Source: a virus. Taken from it: a stretch of DNA of 64,000 nucleotides. Made by a program: the position numbers and the translations under genes. Positions 46,472 through 56,347 of the stretch are shown here, one piece after another. The notes beneath the pieces were generated by a model. It was given only the letters and a program-made list of their open reading frames with translations, had not been told where the DNA came from and did no database searches. Numbering within the stretch: the stretch's first letter is position 1; the number at the start of each line of letters is the position of its first letter. The DNA lies in the IMG/VR virus record IMGVR_UViG_3300020170_000012, positions 3,783 through 67,782 of that record; one strand, 5' to 3'.

Positions 46472-47668
46472 ATGTCGAACCACCCGATGAAGTCCCAGGC
46501 TCACGCGTCGAGTCGCGACAAGTTCCGGGCCATCACCGGCCAGAGCGGTGGAGGGCATGCCTATGGCGGTAGCTCGCATCTCAAAAAAGCAGGCAAGGGC
46601 GGTGATCTCCAAACATGGTCCGGGCACCACAAGACGCACCGGAAAGCCGAAGAACGCGCCTGCGGCGGACGCGCCAAGCCCCGGGCCGATCGGCGCGCCC
46701 GTGGTGGCAAGGAGTTCAAGTCGGAGACTTACGGGCCGCCGGATTCCCGCGAAAGCTCCATCGATACCTCGAAACTGAAGGCTGGCAAGGGCAGGAATCC
46801 GCAGAACCAAGGGTCAGAGAACGTTGGGGAGGAGTGGTACAAGCGCCTTGCTGGCAGAGGCGAGAAAACCAAGTCCGGCATGTCTGATCAAGACCTGAAA
46901 GGTCTCGCCTACGGCAAGCGCGGCGGCAAGATGAAGCGCGGCGGCCGCGCGCTCGGCGGCGCCAAGAATCCCGATTGGGACGATGAGGATTCGACTCGCC
47001 AGACCATTCCGGTCAAGGAGAGGCCGGTGCAGTCATCGAAAGGTGACCCATCTAACCGCAAGCGTTGGACCTACGAGCCGCCGCAGTATGAGGATTGGGG
47101 CATGCACCCGGCGAGCGGGCGCAAGAAATATGCCCGCGGCGGCAAGGCTCCGGGCAAGGTCATCATCAACGTCAACGCGTCACAGCCCAGGCCAGCGGCA
47201 CCACCGCCGCGGCCGGTGCCACCCCCAATGCCACCCGCCGGGGTGGGAGCCGGTCCGCCGCCTGCTCCTCCAGCCGGTGGCATGCCTCCTCCAGGGGGCG
47301 GCGGCCCGCCTGGGGGAGGCACCAACCCCCTGGCCGCGCTCAAGGGCGGCATGGGCTTCGCCCGGGGTGGCCGGGCCAAGGGGCAGCATCCAAACCCCGC
47401 TGGTGGGCCGCGTGGCGGCGATGCCAAATATGATCTCGCCGGCTGGCGCAAGTATGCTGCCACCGATCGCGAGAAGCGCATGTCGGGCAAGGCCGGAATG
47501 ACGCAGGCTTACACCAAGAAGATTGGCGACGACGGCTCGCTCGATGTCCAGCCAGTGAAGCAGGGACGGACCAGTCGCGCCCACGGTGGCCGCATGACGG
47601 CCGGCGCTTTTTCCGGCGAGGGCCGTCTTGAGAAGGCCGCCATCTCGGCTAGGGACCGCCATCGGTGA
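46472..47668 (+). CDS. Basic Gly/Pro-rich putative internal head protein
   Basis: Repeated (R/F/Y)AxGG(R/K) motifs; C-terminal MTAGAFSGEGRLEK. Confidence 0.75.
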   Translation: MSNHPMKSQAHASSRDKFRAITGQSGGGHAYGGSSHLKKAGKGGDLQTWSGHHKTHRKAEERACGGRAKPRADRRARGGKEFKSETYGPPDSRESSIDTSKLKAGKGRNPQNQGSENVGEEWYKRLAGRGEKTKSGMSDQDLKGLAYGKRGGKMKRGGRALGGAKNPDWDDEDSTRQTIPVKERPVQSSKGDPSNRKRWTYEPPQYEDWGMHPASGRKKYARGGKAPGKVIINVNASQPRPAAPPPRPVPPPMPPAGVGAGPPPAPPAGGMPPPGGGGPPGGGTNPLAALKGGMGFARGGRAKGQHPNPAGGPRGGDAKYDLAGWRKYAATDREKRMSGKAGMTQAYTKKIGDDGSLDVQPVKQGRTSRAHGGRMTAGAFSGEGRLEKAAISARDRHR

Positions 47669-47928
47669 TGGCCACTTATCACGCCAATCCGCCGCCTTGG
47701 TTGGGCAGTGGCCACGCCCAAAATCGCTACGCTCCACAGCAACGGCCACAACTCGCGCCAAGCTGGCCTGAAATTCTTGACGTTTCGCCGCTGGCCGACA
47801 GAGCGGCCATCAAGGCTGCGTTCCGCCGGAAGGCGCAGCAGTTCCATCCCGACCACGGCGGTACCGATTACCAGATGCGGTTGATCATCGGGGCCTACAA
47901 GGAAGCCTTGAGGGCTCGCCGTGCATAA
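47665..47928 (+). CDS. J-domain (DnaJ-like) protein
   Basis: WPEILDV...IKAAFRRKAQQFHPDHGG...MRLI..AY. Confidence 0.8.
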   Translation: MMATYHANPPPWLGSGHAQNRYAPQQRPQLAPSWPEILDVSPLADRAAIKAAFRRKAQQFHPDHGGTDYQMRLIIGAYKEALRARRA

Positions 47929-48136
47929 CATCTGGTACGGGAAGCTGCTTCGCCGGCTTGACGAGAGGCGTCAGGAGAGGGCTAAGTATCTCATTGACGG
48001 CGGCGCCCAGGACTATCCGTCATACAAATTCCAGGTTGGATATCTTCAGGGGCTCGCCGATGCTCTCCTTGAAGCCGAGGAGGTAGACCGCGAACAAATG
48101 GGAATGTCGCCTCATGCCCCTCGCCCTACCACATGA
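47921..48136 (+). CDS. Conserved small protein upstream of the groES-like gene
   Basis: GGAQDYPSYKFQVGYLQGL. Confidence 0.7.
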   Translation: MHNIWYGKLLRRLDERRQERAKYLIDGGAQDYPSYKFQVGYLQGLADALLEAEEVDREQMGMSPHAPRPTT

Positions 48137-48536
48137 AGCCGTCAAGAAATACTCTCAGATCACCGATCTGAAACAGTACATTGCCGAAGTCTTCAAGCAG
48201 GTCATGCCAGACCTGATGGATATCACCCTCAACCGCGTCTTGTGTGCGGCCTACATCGCCAGCGAGAAGACGGCCGGTGGCATCATCAAGCCGCAAGACC
48301 TTGTCGCCGAGGATATCTGGCAAGGCAAAGCCGCGCTGGTGCTCAAGCCTGGACCGTCGGCGTTTCTCGATTCTCCCGAAGTCACCTTTCACGGATTTCT
48401 CGTCAATCCCGGAGACTGGGTGACATTCAAGGTCGGCAACTCGTCGCAGATCGAGATCAGGGGATACCCCTGCCGCATCGTCGCCGACCACTTCATCGAG
48501 TCCAGAGTTCTTGATCCGAGGGCAGTGACATCATGA
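48114..48536 (+). CDS. GroES-like co-chaperonin
   Basis: NRVL...EKTAGGII mobile loop, VLKPGPSAF, PGDWVTF. Confidence 0.8.
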   Translation: MPLALPHEAVKKYSQITDLKQYIAEVFKQVMPDLMDITLNRVLCAAYIASEKTAGGIIKPQDLVAEDIWQGKAALVLKPGPSAFLDSPEVTFHGFLVNPGDWVTFKVGNSSQIEIRGYPCRIVADHFIESRVLDPRAVTS

Positions 48537-48702
48537 CGGCGCCATCAGAATTAAGGCAGACGCACACATACGTCCTAATGGACGTGCCGCCGGAGCTGTA
48601 CGACATTGTCCGCCAGAAACTCCTCGACGCCGGCTACGACCACGCGGTCGACGACAAGGAGGGCGAGCTGGATATGCACGGCATCGCGCTGGTGAAGTCG
48701 CC

Positions 48703-49128
48703 ATGACTACCAAAGACGCGCTGAAGCAGGGCTACGCCAAGGGCGCTGGCGCCAAGGTCAAGCGCGACGCCTTCCTTTACATCGACGGCAAGGGGGCGGA
48801 TACCGGGCAGTGTTCCTCGTGCAAGCTGTGGGTCAAGGGAGCTGACATTTGCCTGATCCACGGCATGCACATCAAAATTAAGGGCACCGCTTCGTGTGGC
48901 CTCTACGTTCCCGGTAAGCCGGTATCATCCGGGCTGGCGCAGGAGCTGGTCACCCCAGAGGAGTCCGGCCTTGTCGAGCGCAAGGTCAGATGCGGGAATT
49001 GCAGGTTTTCCAAAAATGGTGCTACGGTATGCGGACTGTTTTGGTATGTGAATGATTGCATGCCGGAGATTTTCGATCTCGATATCAAGATCGAGCCGCA
49101 AGGGTGTTGTAACGCACAAATGCCATGA
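48703..49128 (+). CDS. Tandem four-cysteine (HiPIP-like) protein
   Basis: QCSSCKLW..IC..I....SCGLY and RCGNCRF..VC...IEPQGCC. Confidence 0.6.
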   Translation: MTTKDALKQGYAKGAGAKVKRDAFLYIDGKGADTGQCSSCKLWVKGADICLIHGMHIKIKGTASCGLYVPGKPVSSGLAQELVTPEESGLVERKVRCGNCRFSKNGATVCGLFWYVNDCMPEIFDLDIKIEPQGCCNAQMP

Positions 49129-49136
49129 GGTGACCC

Positions 49137-50240
49137 ATGCCGCGTCCAAGGCCGCTTCGTCAACCCGTCAATCCTAACCTCCCTGATACGGGAGCGGTGA
49201 TGGTCGATCTCAACGCCGCCGGTCCTGAGCCGCCGGCCAGGATCGTCTACGGCTCGTCGGTGCCGGCCCTTGCCGGTTCCTCATCTGGTGCGCAGCCCGG
49301 CGTATTTGCGCACGGCGCCATCAATCCCGAGGTTACGGTCACCGCGCGCTCAGACGCAGCGGTTGCGCCACAGTCCGACGACGGCGACTACGATGATGCG
49401 GAGGAGCTGAAAAAGACCCGCGAGCGCGCCAAGGAGCGTGACCGCGCCAAGGCGTTGGAAGCTGATCACGCCAGGGTTACGCAGTGGGGTCAGGATCAAG
49501 CCAACCGTGCTGCGCTCGCGACCCACGCGCTCCAGGAATCCCAGCTCGACACCATCGAGACGGCAATCACCGCGGCCGAGGGTGAGGCGGAAGCCGCGAC
49601 CAATAGCTGGGCTGAGGCCATGTCCAAAGGTGATTTTGTCACCGCCGGCCAGTCCCAGCGCAAGATGATGGCGGCCCAGAGCCGCATCGAGACGCTCAAG
49701 GCCGGCAAGGATGAGCTGGCGACTGAAGTTCGCAAGAAGCCCCAAGCCGCCGCGCCGCCGCCGCCCTCGATGATGAACAATGTCGAGGTTCAATTAGCGC
49801 GGATGCCGAATTTGATCGACTCGGAGCGCCAGTGGATCAGGGATCACCCTGATTCGATGGAGAACCGGGAAAATCAACAGAGAATGCAGATTGCGTTTCT
49901 CGACGCGACCAAGCGCAATCTTACGCGCGGGTCGCCGGAGTATTTTGCGTTCTTCAACGAGCGCATGGGCTACGACGATGATGGTGGGGATGGGGGTCAG
50001 GAGGAGCCGGTGGCGCAACCGCAGCCTAGATCGAGGCAAAACGGAGGAGGCCCGCGCGTGTCAGCTCCTGTCGTTCGTTCCGGCGGCGGTACGCTGCGGC
50101 CGGGTCAATACCTACTGACGGAAAAGCAGCGCGAAGCTGCGCGGATATCCGGGATCGACGAAATCACCTATGCGCGCGGATTGCAGCGCATGATGGAGGC
50201 GAAGTCGCAGGGCATGTATGGGAGTTCTGAGCAGAAGTAA
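49137..50240 (+). CDS. Capsid scaffolding-like protein
   Basis: Long coiled coil; GSPEYF; SAPV.R...LTEKQREAARISGI...YAR C-terminus; lies between portal and capsid. Confidence 0.75.
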   Translation: MPRPRPLRQPVNPNLPDTGAVMVDLNAAGPEPPARIVYGSSVPALAGSSSGAQPGVFAHGAINPEVTVTARSDAAVAPQSDDGDYDDAEELKKTRERAKERDRAKALEADHARVTQWGQDQANRAALATHALQESQLDTIETAITAAEGEAEAATNSWAEAMSKGDFVTAGQSQRKMMAAQSRIETLKAGKDELATEVRKKPQAAAPPPPSMMNNVEVQLARMPNLIDSERQWIRDHPDSMENRENQQRMQIAFLDATKRNLTRGSPEYFAFFNERMGYDDDGGDGGQEEPVAQPQPRSRQNGGGPRVSAPVVRSGGGTLRPGQYLLTEKQREAARISGIDEITYARGLQRMMEAKSQGMYGSSEQK

Positions 50241-50380
50241 CTATCTGAGCGGAAACGACCATGAAAGGATCGTCGCCATGTTCTTCCCGCCCTGGGACTT
50301 AATTCTTGTAATCGTCTTAATCTGGATTTTCATACCGAAGTCCACTCCGCGTGGATGGGGTCCAGATTGAATAGGAGGTT

Positions 50381-50944
50381 GTGATGGCACGAGACCCCAC
50401 ACCGTTCGATCCGATGGCTGCACCGCATATGCCGCCTACAGGAAAGCGCGCTCCTGAACCCGGCCCATCGCTGAAGCCACAGCGCCATGTTCTACGGCCG
50501 ATCGAAGAATATGTCGAGTTCGAGGAGGAGGGCCAGCTCCGGATTCCACGCAATGAATGGCCGCCGGGTTTTGCGCTCAAATGGGTCACTTTTGCGGTGT
50601 GGGGTCAGCCGTTTCCGCAGGTCCGTGCGCGCAGTGAAAAAGCCGGCTGGGTTCCTGTCCACCAGGAGGATTTCGACGGCAGATACCGCGGCCGGTTCAT
50701 GCCGGCAGAATTCAACGGCGAGATCGTCATCGACGGTCTTGTCCTGATGGCGCGGCCGCAGTCGTGGGATGACAAAGCGGATGCGCTCAACCGGCGTCGG
50801 GCAATGCAGCGCGTTCAGATCAAGGAGATGCAGCTCCGCATGGGCGATCTTTCCGGTGTGACGCTGGCGTCCGACCATCCGACTGCGGTGCGCTCGAACA
50901 TCGTCGAGCGCTCGGTCGAGGCTATTGCGGTGCCCCAGAAATGA
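50381..50944 (+). CDS. Conserved head-module protein
   Basis: AGGAGG RBS; PPGFALKW...GWVPV...GLVLMARP. Confidence 0.75.
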   Translation: MMARDPTPFDPMAAPHMPPTGKRAPEPGPSLKPQRHVLRPIEEYVEFEEEGQLRIPRNEWPPGFALKWVTFAVWGQPFPQVRARSEKAGWVPVHQEDFDGRYRGRFMPAEFNGEIVIDGLVLMARPQSWDDKADALNRRRAMQRVQIKEMQLRMGDLSGVTLASDHPTAVRSNIVERSVEAIAVPQK

Positions 50945-51258
50945 CGCTTCTGTTCCTCAAGAAAGATGACGACTCCGATCACCACGCTATCCTCAACACC
51001 AACACCATCTGCTTCATGGAGGGTGCTGATCCCACTGATGAGTGGCCCGGCGGCACTAAAACGAAGATTCTGTTTGGCGGCGGTGGTGTGATTCTCCACA
51101 CGCCCTACAAGGTGATTGCCGACCAGATCGCCAAGGCGATTGAGCAGGGATACGTCTTGTCTGCGCAGCTTAACGAGGCCCATCGCAAGGCTGCCGTGGA
51201 GGATAACCGTAAAATGATGATGGAAGTGATGGAGCCGTTCCACCACAATCACGATTGA
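50941..51258 (+). CDS. Hypothetical protein
   Basis: ATGA coupling with the upstream gene. Confidence 0.6.
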   Translation: MTLLFLKKDDDSDHHAILNTNTICFMEGADPTDEWPGGTKTKILFGGGGVILHTPYKVIADQIAKAIEQGYVLSAQLNEAHRKAAVEDNRKMMMEVMEPFHHNHD

Positions 51259-51290
51259 CATTGCCGTCGGCATTGTGCGACAGAAATTAA

Positions 51291-51500
51291 ATGGCAAGCA
51301 CTGAAACATCTGACGGCTACGAATTCGAATGCGATACGTGCGGCAAAGTCATTGACCCGCCGAAGATGGGTCGTGGGTCTGATAAGCCGGATTTCTTGTT
51401 TTGCTGGGAGCGCGCCAAGGAGAAAGGCTGGCGGGCGCGCAGTGCCTTGAGTAAGGATCGCAGGACTACGTATTGGAGGCACATATGTCCGTTGTGTTAG
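51291..51500 (+). CDS. Small Zn-finger protein
   Basis: ECDTCG...AKEKGW...HICPLC. Confidence 0.65.
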   Translation: MASTETSDGYEFECDTCGKVIDPPKMGRGSDKPDFLFCWERAKEKGWRARSALSKDRRTTYWRHICPLC

Positions 51501-52019
51501 CGCGCATGAGCGATGTCCAAAAGCGGGATATGGCGATCGCCGCCCTGGAGCTTGTCGACGCGCTAGAAGACTATGCCTACACCCGCAAGGACGAAGACAA
51601 GAAGCGAGTCAGCGAGTGCCAGACCAGCCTTGTCATTATGGCGCGCAAGCTGAAGAAGGAGTTCGGCCTTGAAGACTCTCCAGGAAGTGGTTGACCGTAA
51701 TCGGTATTACGTTCCCAACGGCGTGACGCTGGCGGCTGACTACATCAACAATTGCGTTGCGGTCTACAAGGACGGCAAGTTCCTGTTTGCCATTACCCGC
51801 AGGGAGATCGACGACGAGCCCGGTCAGTCTGGCGACTTCCTGCACCTATTGACAGAACGTCTTGAGCAGAAATAGAATACTTTCCTAGACCGGGGTTGCG
51901 CCGCGTCGGCGTCAGCTCCCAATCCTTCTGAGCGTTTCAGACGGCGGTCGGCCCCTGCACAAGGGGACGCACCTTGCCGTCTTTTTTGTGCCCGGGCTGC
52001 CGTCAACGGAGGCCGTCCC

Positions 52020-52682
52020 GTGGTCAATCAGATTGCACCGTTTGGCGTTCAAGACTTGACCCGGCGCGAGGGGGCGTCGCCGCAGTTTGGTCTGTCCCGG
52101 GCCTTCATTTCATCGTCTGACCCGACACCGATTTTCAGCGGCGATCTGGTGCAATTGCTTGGTTCCGCGCCGGCCAGCGGCGGATTCGGCCCCTACATAA
52201 CGCAGGCATCGTCTGGCTTGCTGTCCGGGAACAGCTTCTATCAAGGCGTTTTCCGCGGCTGCGAGTTCCTCAATCTTGCCGTTGGCAGAGTCGTGTGGTC
52301 GCCATTCTGGCCCGGCGCCAGCGTCGGCGGCCCCAGCTCTCAGGCCGATCCTGTCGCCTACTTCGTGGCTGATCCCGATCTTCAATTGATCGCTCAAGCG
52401 ACGTCTGCTGCCGTTATCGGTTCCAGCAACATCGGCCAGAACATCAATGTGACGGCCACCTCGTCGCTCGGCAACACCATCAGCGGACAATCGGTCATCG
52501 CGTTGACGTCGAGCGCGATTACGTCCAGCGCAGCACAACCTCTCAGGTTGATCGATTTCTATTCGAACTATGCGCCGCCCGGCGGTTTCGTGAACGGCAC
52601 CGACAACACCGTTTCTGGACAAATCATGGTCGTGGGTTTGAACAACATCATGGCCAACAACACGTTCGGATCGTCGCTGTAA
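52020..52682 (+). CDS. Capsid decoration/minor head protein
   Basis: GGAGG RBS; APFG, IFSGDLV, GVFRGCEF, VADPDL; directly upstream of the capsid gene. Confidence 0.75.
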   Translation: MVNQIAPFGVQDLTRREGASPQFGLSRAFISSSDPTPIFSGDLVQLLGSAPASGGFGPYITQASSGLLSGNSFYQGVFRGCEFLNLAVGRVVWSPFWPGASVGGPSSQADPVAYFVADPDLQLIAQATSAAVIGSSNIGQNINVTATSSLGNTISGQSVIALTSSAITSSAAQPLRLIDFYSNYAPPGGFVNGTDNTVSGQIMVVGLNNIMANNTFGSSL

Positions 52683-52693
52683 GGAGCTAATCC

Positions 52694-53611
52694 ATGCCTA
52701 TTGCACTACCGGCAATCCGCGATTTGCTCCTGCCGGGGCTGTGGGGGATATCTGGTCGATATCCCATGATCGAGCGGCAGTGGACCGGCATTTATCGACA
52801 GACCGAGTCCGAGATGGCGCTCGAACGGCGCGCGGCCATGCGGTACATGGGCTACGCCCAGCTCAAGCAGGAAGGCGGGCCTACTGCTTTCGACAACCGC
52901 GCTGGGCAGCGCTTCATCTACAATGCCGAGCACTTCGAAATCGGCCTCGGCTACGCGATCACTCGCAAAGCGATTGATGATAACCTCTACAAAGCTGAGT
53001 TCGGGCCGAGCAACGACGGCCTCATGGAATCCTTCAAGGAGACCGAGGAAGTCTACGCCGCCAACGTCATCAATCTGGCGAACGTCTTCAACCCGACCGT
53101 CCTTGGTGACGGCGTCTCGTTGATCAGCGCGACCGGTCATCCGATCGACGGCGCCCTCATCGCCAACCAGCCGAGCCCGGACGTCGATCTCAACGAGACG
53201 TCCCTTCTCAATGCCTGTATTCAAATACGATCGACTTGGAAGGACAACGCTGGCCTCAAAATCCACGCGCGCGGTCGCAAGCTGATCGTGCCACCGAACC
53301 TCGAACCGATCGCCGTTCGCCTGTTCCGTTCGGAGCTGCGTGTCGGCACCGGCAACAACGAAGTCAACGCGGTTCTGGGGATGGAGCAGTCCCTCAAGGA
53401 CGGCTACATGGTGTATGATTACCTCACCTCGCCGTTCGCGTGGTTCGTCCTGACGAACATTGACGGTCTGGTATTCTTCCACCGCAAGCACTTCGAGACC
53501 GACATGACTGTCGAGTTCTCGACCGACAACCTGCTGGTTAAAGGATACCAGCGTTACGTGCCGTCGTACTACGAGTGGAGAAGTATCTGGGGTACTTTCC
53601 CGCTGAGCTGA
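52694..53611 (+). CDS. Major capsid protein
   Basis: AAGGAG RBS; LLLPGL, KQEGG, LGYAITRKAIDDNLY, GDGVSL..GHP, DLNETSL, KLIVPPNL, DYLTSPFAWF, WRSIWG. Confidence 0.9.
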   Translation: MPIALPAIRDLLLPGLWGISGRYPMIERQWTGIYRQTESEMALERRAAMRYMGYAQLKQEGGPTAFDNRAGQRFIYNAEHFEIGLGYAITRKAIDDNLYKAEFGPSNDGLMESFKETEEVYAANVINLANVFNPTVLGDGVSLISATGHPIDGALIANQPSPDVDLNETSLLNACIQIRSTWKDNAGLKIHARGRKLIVPPNLEPIAVRLFRSELRVGTGNNEVNAVLGMEQSLKDGYMVYDYLTSPFAWFVLTNIDGLVFFHRKHFETDMTVEFSTDNLLVKGYQRYVPSYYEWRSIWGTFPLS

Positions 53612-53805
53612 GGCAGACATGAGAATCAGAAAGCACAATAACAAAGGCGGCCAGCCGCCGATGGTCATCAACGGGACCGGGATTGAATCCGGCACCATCC
53701 CGCCGACCTTCGAGCAAATTCAAACTGGTGCCGGTGCGGCCGGCACGACGGGCGCTGTTCTGGTCAATTTCATTTGGTCGACGCTGATCAACAAGTGAGG
53801 CGGCT

Positions 53806-54207
53806 ATGAGCACACCGTGGGCACAAACGACGGTCTTGAGCACTGCGGCGCTGACATCGACGCCCATTGCGCTCGACCCGTTGGCGAAGATGACGGCCGT
53901 TCAGATTTCATTTTCATCGAGCGCGCAAACCGCCTCGATTGTTGTCCAGGCAACGCTCGACACGCCGGCTTTCCAATCCGGTGGCGCTGGCGGTGTTCTC
54001 CCACAGCCGCAACCGATCTGGTCACAGATTGGTCCGAACTCCTCGACTCAGCTTCTTCCGACGTCTTCCAATGGTCTTGTAAACATCGACAACACATTGA
54101 TGTTTGTTGCGTTGCAGCCGCTCGCCGGATTGCGCATCAGCTCATCGACAGCACTTGGTGCGGGCCAGACCGTCACCCTCCGCGCCCTCCAATCCCCAGC
54201 CGCCTAA
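53806..54207 (+). CDS. Ser/Thr-rich virion protein
   Basis: GAGG RBS; beta-rich, VQATLD...W...GLRI. Confidence 0.75.
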   Translation: MSTPWAQTTVLSTAALTSTPIALDPLAKMTAVQISFSSSAQTASIVVQATLDTPAFQSGGAGGVLPQPQPIWSQIGPNSSTQLLPTSSNGLVNIDNTLMFVALQPLAGLRISSSTALGAGQTVTLRALQSPAA

Positions 54208-54276
54208 CCGGGCATCCTGCCCCAAAAAACACCACCGGCCATGTAGCCGAGTAGGCAAACCGAACGGAGATGAGCG

Positions 54277-54909
54277 ATGGCACATCGCCACAAAGCCCAC
54301 CGGCGCGCAGCCGGCGGCAACGCCATGAAGGGCCGCGAGTCCTTCGTCACCGCGCCGACCGAGCGCGAAGCCAAGTCAACCAAGGACAAGTTCAAGCATG
54401 GGGGCCTGAAGGCTCACGGTCACAAGTCCAAAGCTCGCGCCGACAAGAAGGCGCGCGGCGGCGCATCCGGATTCGCGAAAGGCGGTGCCTCCGGCTTTGC
54501 GCGAGGCGGCGCCACCAAGAGCCCTTTTAGCTCGGCAGCGAAGGGCAACGACAAGGGGCGCTTCCCGTCGGACGCCGACCGCCATCAGCCGCGCGCGGCA
54601 GGCGGCCGGGCATTCAAGCGCGGCGGCGGTGTGCGTCCAGCCGCCGGCCACAAGCACGAGTACAACTTCGGCGGCCACGGCGGGCTCGGTCATGAGGAAG
54701 GGCTCCAGCGCTCCCATCCGCCAGTCCACCACAAGCACGGCGGGCCGGAGGGCGTCGTAGGTCACGGCTCCAAGCACCATGCCGGCCATGGCGGCCACAA
54801 GGCCCACCACCCACACCACGACGGCGCGCACCCCGCGCACGGTCATCACAGCCACAAAGCCAAGGGCAAGAAGCACCGTGCCCACGGCGGCAAAGTGGAG
54901 GATGACTGA
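54277..54909 (+). CDS. His/Lys-rich basic protein with repeated xxGG motifs
   Basis: FKHGG, FAKGG, FARGG, FKRGG, RAHGG; SPFSSA; His-rich C-terminus. Confidence 0.75.
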   Translation: MAHRHKAHRRAAGGNAMKGRESFVTAPTEREAKSTKDKFKHGGLKAHGHKSKARADKKARGGASGFAKGGASGFARGGATKSPFSSAAKGNDKGRFPSDADRHQPRAAGGRAFKRGGGVRPAAGHKHEYNFGGHGGLGHEEGLQRSHPPVHHKHGGPEGVVGHGSKHHAGHGGHKAHHPHHDGAHPAHGHHSHKAKGKKHRAHGGKVEDD

Positions 54910-54993
54910 CGGCGAGGAAACCAAGCACGCCAGCAAGCGCGGCCGTGACGTCGACGACGATGTCGGCGATGAGGAAGATGACGAGGATTAGCC

Positions 54994-55428
54994 GTGCAGC
55001 CGTTTTACCTCACCGCAAAATCTTCCAGCGTTGCCGCGGCTAATTGGTTCGTTCTCGACGAAAAGCGCGACCCGATGAACACCGGCCTGTCGGTATCCGA
55101 CCCCAGCGCCGCGGGATGGGTGCTGTCCGTTACGATGGACGATCCCGTCGGCTATCGCCCAAATCCGCAGCTCAATCCTGGCGCTCCAGGCGGCACCAGT
55201 GGCGGCGGTACGGTTGGCGGCAAGGTCGTGTCGATCTTCGGCTCGTCGCAGGTCGGCGGTTGGGGCAGCTCGACTACGTTCTGCTTCGGCGCCGGCACTG
55301 GCGCGGCCATCGGGGGGATTTCTCAGCCGGTCTACGCGTTGCAATTGACATCGACTGCCAATGCTGTCGCCGGCACCACGTCATCCGGCATCCCGACCCT
55401 CACGATCCTCCAAGCTGGACCGCGCTGA
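54994..55428 (+). CDS. Gly/Ser/Thr-rich virion protein
   Basis: GAGGA RBS; TMDDP...PVYALQL...TILQAG. Confidence 0.7.
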   Translation: MQPFYLTAKSSSVAAANWFVLDEKRDPMNTGLSVSDPSAAGWVLSVTMDDPVGYRPNPQLNPGAPGGTSGGGTVGGKVVSIFGSSQVGGWGSSTTFCFGAGTGAAIGGISQPVYALQLTSTANAVAGTTSSGIPTLTILQAGPR

Positions 55429-55468
55429 TATCCATGGTATGGTGATATCCTCACCATGAGGATACCCC

Positions 55469-56344
55469 ATGAATCAGCCGTCGTCCCCCAAACTCACCGA
55501 GCGCACCACCGACAAGCTCCTGTCGGGAGCCGCTTACGTCAATCCGATGTCGTTTTCTCCCTCGCCGCATGTTGCCGGCGGTCTTGCGGCCGCCATTCAT
55601 GCCAATCGCGATCCGCTGCGGCCTGAGAAAGTGGCCATTTTGGGCACAGCACCATCTTCAAGGTTGCTGGCCCCATTCGGTGATCCGACCTATACGATCT
55701 GGGGCTCCTCACCGGGCAATATGGGTGATCCGGGCTCGAACCCGGCAGCGCTGCCGCGGCTGCCCGATGCGTGGTTCGAAATCCATACCAATCTCCTTTG
55801 GCCGGAGTACATCAGCTACGGCGGGCCTTACGTGAAGTGGCTCAACGAGAAAGAGTTCCCGCTGATGGCGATCGACAAGGTGTTGTTCCCGCGGGCGAAC
55901 ATGTTTCCATGGCGCGAGCTGGTGAAGGAGTTCGGACCCTATTTCTTCACCTCGACGTTTGCCTGGATGGCGGCCTTTGCGATCCACCAGGGCGTCAAGG
56001 AGATCGGTTTCTTCGGCGTCGACATGTCATCGAAGGACGAATATATCCTCCAGCGTCCCGGCGGCCATTACTTCATCACGATGGCCAAGCAGCGCGGCAT
56101 CAAGATCAACATCCCCTACGAGAGCGATCTGGTGCAGCCGCCGCCTCTCTACGGTATTTTCTCCTCCGGTCCGATGGGCCGCAAGCTCGCGGCGCGCCGC
56201 GCCGAGGTGCAGGGCCGCATCCAGCAGGCGCAGATGCAGATTCAGCAGCTCCAAGGGCAGAACACCTACCTCAACGGTGCGCTGGAAGACATCGACTACT
56301 GGGAGAATATCTGGGGCGGCTCCGGGACTCCGATGGAGGGGTAG
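55469..56344 (+). CDS. Maf/sialyltransferase-like (GT29/GT42-like) protein
   Basis: KVAILGTAPS...IWG; TSTFAWMAAFAIHQGVKEIGFFGVDM...EY; C-terminal coiled coil. Confidence 0.6.
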   Translation: MNQPSSPKLTERTTDKLLSGAAYVNPMSFSPSPHVAGGLAAAIHANRDPLRPEKVAILGTAPSSRLLAPFGDPTYTIWGSSPGNMGDPGSNPAALPRLPDAWFEIHTNLLWPEYISYGGPYVKWLNEKEFPLMAIDKVLFPRANMFPWRELVKEFGPYFFTSTFAWMAAFAIHQGVKEIGFFGVDMSSKDEYILQRPGGHYFITMAKQRGIKINIPYESDLVQPPPLYGIFSSGPMGRKLAARRAEVQGRIQQAQMQIQQLQGQNTYLNGALEDIDYWENIWGGSGTPMEG

Positions 56345-56347
56345 CTC

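Noticed and set aside
51876-52019. Possible structured leader upstream of the capsid operon
   Set aside because: Only short GC stems, not distinguishable from background by eye.
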